Origin: a virus
DNA length: 38,296 nucleotides
Reading direction: 5' to 3' (one strand)
Virus record (IMG/VR): IMGVR_UViG_3300030397_000597
Coordinates: 1 to 38,296 of that record
Part shown: one piece after another, positions 31,775 through 38,296 of the stretch
How the letters are laid out: the number at the start of each line of letters is the position of its first letter
Numbering within the stretch: position 1 is the stretch's first letter
Notes under the pieces: model-generated
What the model was told of the DNA's origin: nothing
The model's database searches: none
Seen by the model: the letters and a program-made list of their open reading frames with translations, nothing else
Program-made: the position numbers and the translations under genes

Positions 31775-32303
31775 TGTTCAGTACCTTTATATTTTCCAAG
31801 TCGTTGTTATCCCATACCTCATCGGTAAAATCAAAGTTAAGCTTTTCGCTTACATCATTTTTAGCTTGACCTTGGAGCTTGTAACCTTTTCTGGATAAAC
31901 CTACAACTTTCCCTTTCATCTTTTTTATTGCTTCCACCTCATTTTCGAATCTGACATCGTCTATGAATATGTGGCTGTCTAACGGGGCAGACTCAACAAA
32001 CCTATAGAACGGCCGTACCCATACGTCTTCGTCCATTTTACGCATAAGCTGCCCAAATACCTGCATTAAACGTCTATGAGTTAAATGTTCACTTTCCCAT
32101 TCTATTTTAGGATGGGTGATTTCATTCTTACGGCAAACTAAATCATATTTGGTTACATCAAAAGTTTTTACTAAAACGTCTCTAAGGTTATCAGCAAACG
32201 AAAAAACTAAACTGTTGTATGTTTCATTACTGAGTTTTCTGCTTAATATGGTTTTCCCGCAACCAGCAGGACCAACAAATCCAGTAATTTTAACTCTATT
32301 CAA
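31767..32303 (-). CDS. Deoxynucleoside monophosphate kinase (T4 gp1 / T5 dNMP kinase family)
   Basis: P-loop 'GPAGCGKT'. 'HRRLMQVFGQLMRKMDEDVW' parallels T4 gp1 'VRRLMQALGTDLIVNNFDRMYW'. 'DDVRFENE' is a family hallmark. Confidence 0.65.
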   Translation of the reverse strand: MNRVKITGFVGPAGCGKTILSRKLSNETYNSLVFSFADNLRDVLVKTFDVTKYDLVCRKNEITHPKIEWESEHLTHRRLMQVFGQLMRKMDEDVWVRPFYRFVESAPLDSHIFIDDVRFENEVEAIKKMKGKVVGLSRKGYKLQGQAKNDVSEKLNFDFTDEVWDNNDLENIKVLNNG

Positions 32304-32553
32304 AAGTTTCTACCTCCAAAAGAAAACTATCTTGTTTTAACGGGATACCTCTATCCTCATGAAGTTTAATAATCAATATCACCAATTCCGTATAAGTTAT
32401 TAACCCTTCCTCATACACATGACCTAAAATCGGAGTTAGGCAATCTACAGGGACTCTAAGCTCGTTAAGTTTATCTATTCGGCTTAAGATATCATCAAGC
32501 GGGTTGTTCAATATCGGACTTCTTGATTGGGGGAGGTGGTTTCGGATAGACAT
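32296..32553 (-). CDS. Hypothetical protein (85 aa)
   Basis: ORF overlapping its upstream neighbour by 59 nt, so the start is uncertain. No domain recognised. Confidence 0.45.
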   Translation of the reverse strand: MSIRNHLPQSRSPILNNPLDDILSRIDKLNELRVPVDCLTPILGHVYEEGLITYTELVILIIKLHEDRGIPLKQDSFLLEVETFE

Positions 32554-33058
32554 TCTCGTATTTACCTTTAGGTATTTTTTTCTTTTTAGATTCAGGTTTC
32601 GGTATTACTTTACCGTTGGCATCAACAATTGTTAAATGGATCCACAGATCGGCGGTCATCAATCTTAATCGCATCTCTATAGATTTCCTCAATTGTTCTG
32701 TTTTACTTGAACTCAACCCGTCAGAAGTTAACCTTAAGATAAGGGTTTTCCCCAAGAACCCGTTCTTTATAGCCCCTGCCATCAAGGCGGTTTTCCAATC
32801 TTTAAGATTCCCGCTTTGGATTATCAAATCTTCCGTTAAGCAACTTGCATAAAGGAATCGTGTTTGTGAAGTTCCGTTTTTATCCTCAGTAACAGCATTG
32901 ATCAGTTCGTGAGGAATTCCGCCGTATTCCGACTCACACCAGTGGGTCCATTCTTCTGCTTGAGCAACAGCTAAACAAATCCACATTACCAGTAGAGCCA
33001 AAGCAAGGATCAGAGTGTTTACTATCAGTTTTATCAGGTTTTTCATAACAGGCCTCAT
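32495..33058 (-). CDS. Secreted or membrane-anchored protein (187 aa)
   Basis: N-terminal 'LIKLIVNTLILALALLVMWICLAVAQA|EEW' is a signal peptide with an AxA-type site. Lys/Pro-rich C-terminus. ATGA overlap with the SNF2 gene. Confidence 0.55.
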   Translation of the reverse strand: MRPVMKNLIKLIVNTLILALALLVMWICLAVAQAEEWTHWCESEYGGIPHELINAVTEDKNGTSQTRFLYASCLTEDLIIQSGNLKDWKTALMAGAIKNGFLGKTLILRLTSDGLSSSKTEQLRKSIEMRLRLMTADLWIHLTIVDANGKVIPKPESKKKKIPKGKYENVYPKPPPPIKKSDIEQPA

Positions 33059-34416
33059 TTATTATTTTTGTAGTTTGTTAATATTTCGAACAGCATGTCC
33101 ATGCCTTTTTCTTTATGACGAAGAACTTCGATAAGCATCTCGTCTATGGTGTCAGCCATAATAAGGCGATAAACGTTCACGGTTTTAGTTTGCCCAGACC
33201 GTAAAAGCCTACCTATCATCTGATAATATAGTTCATAACTCCAGTTTAGTCCATACCAAATAATATTGTGCCCTCCATATTGCAGGTTTATACCGTGACC
33301 GGTAGACGCAGGATGGCAAAGAAGAACTTCGATTTTACCGCTATTCCAGTCGGACATTGTTCGGGCTGAGTCAGAAGATTTGAAGTTTACAGCTTGAGGG
33401 AATTCTTTCAAAATTCTTTCTTTCTCATGCTGAAAGCTGTAAACTACGATTGCATTATCTAAAGTTTTTATCAGCTTTTTTAGAAGTTTCATTTTCGCAT
33501 TGTGGAATACCTCATAGTTTCTGTCTTCAGGACTGTGGTAAATAGCACCGCCGGTATACTGCATACATTTACCTAATTTAGCAATGGCGATGAATTGCTG
33601 TTGCTCCCCGTTAATTTGAAGTAACCCTTCATCTTCCAGTCTTTTGTAATGCCTCTTATCAGGGATAGGACAAACAACGTCATGTGTTCTGGAAGGGAGT
33701 TTCTTGTTCTCAAGATGTTTCGGGACGGTGTAAGTGAGATGTCTTATTTTAGAATATATCATTTCTTCTTTACACTTTCCGACAGTCCAGACGTAGCCTT
33801 CTCTATCGCATCGGGTACCGTATTCAAATTTGAAAGATTCATAGCCTTTACCTAAAGACTCTCCTTGATCCATAAGATATATCTGCGCCCATAGATCTAA
33901 AGAACTGTTTGGTCGAGGAGTACCTGACAAATTGACAACATACTTAAAGTGACCGGCGATACCTTTCCATGCCTTAAAACGTTTCGTCCCGACAGCTTTC
34001 AACTTAGTCGATTCGTCAAAAACCACCATATCAAAAGGCCAGCTTTCCGGAGAATTAGTTTTAAGGATATCACATAACCAAACAATGTTCTCATAATTGA
34101 TTATGAAAATATTAGCTTTCGAAGTCAAAGCTCTGAATCGTACAGCCGGGGAACCGTGAATTAAAACAGAAGACATCCATGAGAACTCAGACCATTTCTT
34201 AATTTCAGTCGGCCAGGTCAGTTTAGCGACTTCTAAAGGAGCTACAACCAAAACGCCTTTTATGGCAATGTCCGCGAACAATTGTTCTATGGCTGATAAG
34301 GTTGCGGCAGTTTTACCGTAACCTAAATCAATCATACCGTAGACTTTTTTACGGTTTATTATGGAGTCGGTGAACTGCTTTTGGTATTCTCTGGGAGAGT
34401 ATTGTTCAGAAACCAT
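33055..34416 (-). CDS. SNF2/SF2-family helicase
   Basis: 453 aa. 'REYQ' is the Q/motif I region, 'LGYGKT' is Walker A and 'VVFDESTKLK' is the DExx box. 'LSGTP' and the C-terminal 'HPASTGHGINLQ' and 'QMIGRLLRSGQ' are helicase motifs V and VI. Confidence 0.8.
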   Translation of the reverse strand: MVSEQYSPREYQKQFTDSIINRKKVYGMIDLGYGKTAATLSAIEQLFADIAIKGVLVVAPLEVAKLTWPTEIKKWSEFSWMSSVLIHGSPAVRFRALTSKANIFIINYENIVWLCDILKTNSPESWPFDMVVFDESTKLKAVGTKRFKAWKGIAGHFKYVVNLSGTPRPNSSLDLWAQIYLMDQGESLGKGYESFKFEYGTRCDREGYVWTVGKCKEEMIYSKIRHLTYTVPKHLENKKLPSRTHDVVCPIPDKRHYKRLEDEGLLQINGEQQQFIAIAKLGKCMQYTGGAIYHSPEDRNYEVFHNAKMKLLKKLIKTLDNAIVVYSFQHEKERILKEFPQAVNFKSSDSARTMSDWNSGKIEVLLCHPASTGHGINLQYGGHNIIWYGLNWSYELYYQMIGRLLRSGQTKTVNVYRLIMADTIDEMLIEVLRHKEKGMDMLFEILTNYKNNK

Positions 34417-34424
34417 CTATTAAA

Positions 34425-34907
34425 TTAACCTGTTCTCCAGTTTATGTAATCTAACCCTTCTCGTTCATTATCAATGACCTTTACCATCTGCATTACTTTT
34501 CTTAAATTTTCATGTTCTTGAACTTGGCGGGGTCTAGGTTTCCCTCCAGGTTTTTTGAATTCTATAAAACAATGGTGCCCATCAGGAAACATGAACAATC
34601 TGTCCGGCGCATCGGCGTCTTTGATCCGGTAAATTTTTACTCCTTTCGATCGGGCATAGTCGCAGACTTTTTTCTGTATTGCTGACTCTCGTTCAGGTTT
34701 AGGGGGTAGGAGTTTCATGTATCGGTTGTATAATGCCGAAAGTAATTTCTCATCTGGAGTGAATTGAGAGTCTTCGACTTGCATGAGATCTTTGACATAT
34801 TTTATATCGGTGAGGTATTTAACGTTTTTACAACGCATCCTGGCTAACTCTAAAGTTAGGTTTTCGTAAGTTTTACTGGCCATTTTCCTAGGTTTGAATG
34901 GTAGCAT
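34425..34907 (-). CDS. VRR-NUC domain nuclease
   Basis: 'GVKIYRIKDADAPDRLFMFPDGHHCFIEFKKPGGKPRPRQ' fits the VRR-NUC D...(D/E)xK core. The alternative start at ATG 34883 would avoid the overlap with the pol gene. Confidence 0.65.
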   Translation of the reverse strand: MLPFKPRKMASKTYENLTLELARMRCKNVKYLTDIKYVKDLMQVEDSQFTPDEKLLSALYNRYMKLLPPKPERESAIQKKVCDYARSKGVKIYRIKDADAPDRLFMFPDGHHCFIEFKKPGGKPRPRQVQEHENLRKVMQMVKVIDNEREGLDYINWRTG

Positions 34908-36309
34908 TTAGTATTTCCTTTCCGTAATTTTTATATTCTCCGACTTCAGAGGCCAAAGGGAAATCGTCAGGAAGCCACCAAGGATGTTGTTCCATTAATT
35001 GTTTGAATTCATCTAGTTGATCGCATTCTTCTGGTACTTCCCCTATAACCTCATCATGGATGTTCATAAAAGGAAAAAACCCGTTTTTTTGATGCTTAAT
35101 CATTCCGTTACCTGTGACGTCGAAAGCCATAGCCTGGACACCGTTCTCGACTAATTTCGCACCATAAGTGTAAGTTTCGAACATCCCCCCGGACTTTCTC
35201 TTTTTATAGTAAAGCCCTCGACCGTAGTCACCTTCTCCGTACCGCATTTCCGGATAGTATATCCTACGGCCTGAGGGCAGAACCATTCTCGTTGATCCTT
35301 TGCCGTTACCATCACTTTCTACAGTAAACGGCCCGATTTGTTCAGGCTTACCGGAGAATAAAGCATTCTCAGCGGCTTTATCCATATCTCGCCAGAAAGA
35401 TTTGACTTTATGGTATTTCTCTCTGAAACCTTTTACGCATTTCCTAGCTATCTCTATATCGATATCCTGACCGTATCCTGCACACATTGTTTGGAATTTA
35501 TCAGGACCGCAACCATAACCGCAGGATAGAACTGCCTGCTTACCGCAAAACCGTTCCAAGCTGTCTTTAGCCACTTCATTTTCATCTATACCGAAGACGA
35601 ATGCCGCCATACGCTCGTAGAGTTTTACTTTGTTTTTATACTCATTGTAGCCGGTATCATCCCCCGCTGCCCAGAACAATAATCTTGATTCGATATTGCT
35701 GAAATCGCCTATATAAAGTTTGTTTCCCGGCTTGGCTGCTATGAGGTGTCTCATGGACGAACCGATAATAGGTATCAGATTGTCGTAAATAGGGGACAAG
35801 TCTTCGAAATCGTACTGTTTGACATCGGCGATCATTTGTTCGGTTATATCAAAATCAGGCTTTTTGAAATTCATCGGCTGAACAAGTCTTGCCGCCCATC
35901 TCCCGGTTAATGCACCGAAAACTATGAATTGCTGGTGCAACCTGCCGTCTACTTCTACATCGAGAATTTTCGGAAGCTTTTTGACTGAGGCCATACCGAG
36001 CATTTTACGCGCACTGATAACAGTATGGAGATCCGTCCCGGGTTCAAGATCAAGATTGTTCAGGGTTTCAGTTTGAAGGTTTGGTATTTTTACCGGCCTT
36101 TGCTGGTTTACCCATTCAAGCAACTTAGCCACCTGAGTCGGTGATATGCCCCCGGTTATTTTCTTACATTTCTCTTTCAGGTCCTCAGATTGTTTTTCAA
36201 CTATCTCTATGTAATGCCGAGCCAGATCGACATCTACAGGGATACCTAGATTGTTTATGTAAGAATCGAGATCAATTAAATCTCTTTCGTAATCTGTCCA
36301 AACGCCCAT
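34888..36309 (-). CDS. DNA polymerase family A, polymerase domain only (C-terminal fragment of a split gene)
   Basis: 473 aa. Motif A is 'DFSNIESRLL', motif B 'RFCGKQAVLSCGYGCG' and motif C 'NIHDEVIGE'. There is no exonuclease domain. The ATG overlaps the stop of the HNH gene (TAATG). Confidence 0.85.
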   Translation of the reverse strand: MGVWTDYERDLIDLDSYINNLGIPVDVDLARHYIEIVEKQSEDLKEKCKKITGGISPTQVAKLLEWVNQQRPVKIPNLQTETLNNLDLEPGTDLHTVISARKMLGMASVKKLPKILDVEVDGRLHQQFIVFGALTGRWAARLVQPMNFKKPDFDITEQMIADVKQYDFEDLSPIYDNLIPIIGSSMRHLIAAKPGNKLYIGDFSNIESRLLFWAAGDDTGYNEYKNKVKLYERMAAFVFGIDENEVAKDSLERFCGKQAVLSCGYGCGPDKFQTMCAGYGQDIDIEIARKCVKGFREKYHKVKSFWRDMDKAAENALFSGKPEQIGPFTVESDGNGKGSTRMVLPSGRRIYYPEMRYGEGDYGRGLYYKKRKSGGMFETYTYGAKLVENGVQAMAFDVTGNGMIKHQKNGFFPFMNIHDEVIGEVPEECDQLDEFKQLMEQHPWWLPDDFPLASEVGEYKNYGKEILNATIQT

Positions 36310-36704
36310 TATAACCCTAGCAATCTAATTTTCTTATTGTATTTTTTCTGGGAATTTCTTTTACATATAACGCAAAATTCCCTATCAACAGTTCTGTATA
36401 TATTCCCTTCAACCCAAGGGTGTCCATGAATACAATGCGTCCTTTTGGCCATTTTCTTTCTTAGTTTTTTATGGTACGTGTTTTCTTTACGTTTTTTATC
36501 ATACTTACTGCCCTTAAAACATTTAGGACATAGCCAATCCAAACGGTGAACATGACGGAGATCGTCCAAGATCATATCTTTACCGCACTTAGAGCAAGGT
36601 TTTTTACAATCTTCCATCATTTGTTTATAGAAGGCGTCGGATGAACTATCTCTGATTCTCCCGACATTAGGATTGAAGTCTACGTCTGGTTTGTAACTAT
36701 TCAT
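36309..36704 (-). CDS. His-Me finger / HNH-type homing endonuclease-like protein
   Basis: 131 aa. Zinc ribbon 'CSKCGK...CPKCF'. The C-terminal 'HCIHGHPWVEGNIYRTVDREFCVICKRN' matches the C-x-x-GH ... N ... C-x-x-C homing-endonuclease zinc-loop pattern. Confidence 0.6.
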   Translation of the reverse strand: MNSYKPDVDFNPNVGRIRDSSSDAFYKQMMEDCKKPCSKCGKDMILDDLRHVHRLDWLCPKCFKGSKYDKKRKENTYHKKLRKKMAKRTHCIHGHPWVEGNIYRTVDREFCVICKRNSQKKYNKKIRLLGL

Positions 36705-37008
36705 TGTCTGTTAAAAACTTAAAAGAGTTCTCTATTAAAAGTGCAAAAGATTTATAGGATTGTTCTTCTCCCCCGTAATAGGAATCAATAAGCTTATTAA
36801 ATTTTTCTTGTTTTGTTTTAAAGTTAACTTCAGTTGCCCAATCTAAAAACATGTTAGAAAACAAATCCTTATTCGGCCCTTTACAATATTCTAAATGTCC
36901 TTGTATTGTTGAATGTCCCATGTTCCGCATTATTAAAGGGTACTTAAAAAATTCTAGTCCTACTTTATATAGAAACTCTTCTGCTGATATCTGTATCGAA
37001 TTATTCAT
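36697..37008 (-). CDS. Hypothetical protein (103 aa) inserted in the split polymerase locus
   Basis: ATG 37008 is preceded by AAGGAGAG and overlaps the exo ORF stop (ATGA). It overlaps the HNH start by 8 nt. No domain recognised. Confidence 0.5.
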   Translation of the reverse strand: MNNSIQISAEEFLYKVGLEFFKYPLIMRNMGHSTIQGHLEYCKGPNKDLFSNMFLDWATEVNFKTKQEKFNKLIDSYYGGEEQSYKSFALLIENSFKFLTDNE

Positions 37009-37550
37009 AATCTCTCCTTCAAGCATTCAAAAAGCTCCATATCGGCAATGGTGTCTTGAGCGCAATATTGTTCGTACTTCTTAAACTCTTCCGGTTCCTC
37101 ATGTGGGAAGATACGAGTCCTCGGGTCTTTCTTGGTCGGCTTACGGGGAAAACTGAATTTCTTCATAAGCCGTTTACCTTCAGTATCTTTAGGTGCCAAT
37201 CCTAGATAGTCGTTAGCTTTTTCCAGACCTAAAGGTAAGCCTAAGTAGGCACACAATGCCTGAGTACAAATAAAACGAGACGGAGCTATAGAGCAACCCA
37301 ACAAACTTTCCATAACGTATTTTTCGAACTGGGCATTGTGCGCTACGAAGACTATGTTCTTTTGAGCTACATACCCTTTGCAAACTTTCTGCATTTCAGA
37401 ATAACCGTAGATAGGGCATTCTAAAATCGATATCGTCTTACCGTTCACTCCCATGATCAAAGGCTCATGATCTGTGAAATACCGGGCTATACCTACTTTT
37501 TTGATATCGTAAGGGCTGTAGGTCTCAAAATCTATGAAAACGTTGATCAT
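37005..37550 (-). CDS. DnaQ-like 3'-5' exonuclease (N-terminal fragment of the split family-A polymerase)
   Basis: 181 aa. Exo I is 'VFIDFETYS', Exo II 'FVAHNAQFE' and Exo III 'YCAQDTIAD'. The ORF stops at the exo/pol domain boundary. Confidence 0.8.
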   Translation of the reverse strand: MINVFIDFETYSPYDIKKVGIARYFTDHEPLIMGVNGKTISILECPIYGYSEMQKVCKGYVAQKNIVFVAHNAQFEKYVMESLLGCSIAPSRFICTQALCAYLGLPLGLEKANDYLGLAPKDTEGKRLMKKFSFPRKPTKKDPRTRIFPHEEPEEFKKYEQYCAQDTIADMELFECLKERL

Positions 37551-38143
37551 AGGATTTCTTCATACGATGCAGGCACATTATCTGGAGGGGGAGCATAACC
37601 TTGAATAGGTGGTGCAGGAGTCTGGACCGATGCCGCATTAGGATCGGAATAATTCTGAAACAAGTTTTCATCGATCTCGGTGCCGACTAACAACTCTCCA
37701 TCTCCCCGGAACTGGACCGCGAGCAGTTGAGCACAGCATTTAGAATGTGTTTTCTGCCAGTAGATGTCAATCATAGTGTCAACGTAACAACCGTTATAGA
37801 ACAATGCGTCCTGTATCGCTGTAAAGGTAGTATCCTGCTTCCTCAATTGAGGGGGTTGTTTAAGCTGTGAACTGGCTCTGATAGCCCAACAACCTGCCCA
37901 ACCAGGGTACTTGGTGTAGATGTCCCCATCCAGCTTGCAAGTTTCTACTAATTGAACAGGCTTGTTCCCCCGGTTATCCTCAACAAGTTGGTTTATTACC
38001 TGGTCGATTAATTGAATCTGGGGGTCGGTTTTCTGAATAAGAAATCTCCCGTTATAGTTTGGGGGGTTGTCTTTATAAGCACTCGGTTCATATAAAGCGT
38101 GATATGAGAGTCGTGCATTACGAATCATGAATCTTGTTTCCAT
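37547..38143 (-). CDS. DUF2815-type phage single-stranded DNA-binding protein
   Basis: 198 aa. 'IRNARLSYHALYEPSAY...YNGRFLIQKTD' matches the DUF2815 N-terminal block. Pro-rich linker and acidic C-terminal tip 'ASYEEIL'. Syntenic with DUF2800, PolA, VirE-like primase, SNF2 and VRR-NUC. Confidence 0.6.
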   Translation of the reverse strand: METRFMIRNARLSYHALYEPSAYKDNPPNYNGRFLIQKTDPQIQLIDQVINQLVEDNRGNKPVQLVETCKLDGDIYTKYPGWAGCWAIRASSQLKQPPQLRKQDTTFTAIQDALFYNGCYVDTMIDIYWQKTHSKCCAQLLAVQFRGDGELLVGTEIDENLFQNYSDPNAASVQTPAPPIQGYAPPPDNVPASYEEIL

Positions 38144-38173
38144 ATTGTTTTTCCCTTTTATTTTTAATTTTTA

Positions 38174-38296
38174 TTTTTCCAGGTTTTGCATAAACGAATT
38201 GCCCAACCCTAGGGGCTTTTTTGAACATGCAATTCGGGAAAGTGACTCTTAACCCGTCTATGTCCAACATATACCTGAATTGGTATATACAACCAC
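38174..38296. repeat. Terminal direct repeat, copy 2 (identical to 1..123)
   Basis: Read directly. See the entry for copy 1. Confidence 0.95.

Noticed and set aside
36300-37010. Group I intron or intein as the explanation for the interrupted polymerase
   Set aside because: The four ORFs overlap one another, leaving no non-coding sequence for a ribozyme core. Neither polymerase fragment carries intein splicing blocks at the junction. A free-standing endonuclease insertion fits better, but only RNA data can settle this.
1-38296. Search for tRNA genes, integrase/recombinase, CI/Cro-type repressor pair, reverse transcriptase (DGR) and CRISPR arrays
   Set aside because: I found no T-loop/acceptor-type sequences, no tyrosine or serine recombinase motifs, no RT motifs and no repeat-spacer arrays by eye. 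The phage therefore appears lytic, with the caveat that no tool-based scan was possible.

Overview
The first 123 nt of this window are identical to the last 123 nt, so it is a complete, terminally redundant phage genome with a 38173-bp unit. It is a tailed dsDNA phage with a P22-like podovirus morphogenesis module.

Two divergent gene arms leave a ~1.07-kb non-coding control region (8924-9999) full of iterons and palindromes.
- Rightward (+) late arm, 10000-30702: HTH/TerS-like ORF, DUF2829-like ORF, 1112-aa beta-helix tailspike, small ORFs including a Lar-like zinc ribbon and a paralog pair, TerL, P22-like portal, scaffold, P22-like coat, gp4-like and gp10-like tail factors, coiled-coil needle, large ejection proteins, and an XhlA-like plus u-spanin-like pair.
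- Leftward (-) arm, 8923 down to 157, continuing across the contig junction from 38143 down to 30790: many tightly coupled small early ORFs (a 30-unit pentapeptide-repeat protein, an acidic protein, small membrane peptides, an untracked 53-aa RHH). These are followed by a replication module: SF3 primase-helicase, DUF2800 Cas4-like nuclease, DUF2815-like SSB, a family-A DNA polymerase split into exo and pol ORFs by an HNH gene, VRR-NUC and SNF2 helicase. The arm ends with a dNMP kinase, DUF1353 and a 195-aa mini C5-methyltransferase-like protein.

The arms converge on a hairpin at 30733-30787. Strong Shine-Dalgarno sites (AAGGAG/GGAGG) and sigma70-like promoters point to an SD-using bacterial host. 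I found no tRNA, CRISPR array, integrase, repressor module or recognisable endolysin.

The most interesting candidates are:
- the split polymerase
- the iteron-rich origin/control region
- the early anti-defence-like islands: the pentapeptide DNA-mimic candidate and a small-ORF operon ending in an RHH
- shared C-terminal E-x-I-L tails on replication proteins
- a reiterated promoter family with two apparently leaderless starts
- the mini-MTase/DUF1353/dNMP-kinase cluster

All product calls come from motif recognition by eye and memory of family signatures. No database search was run.
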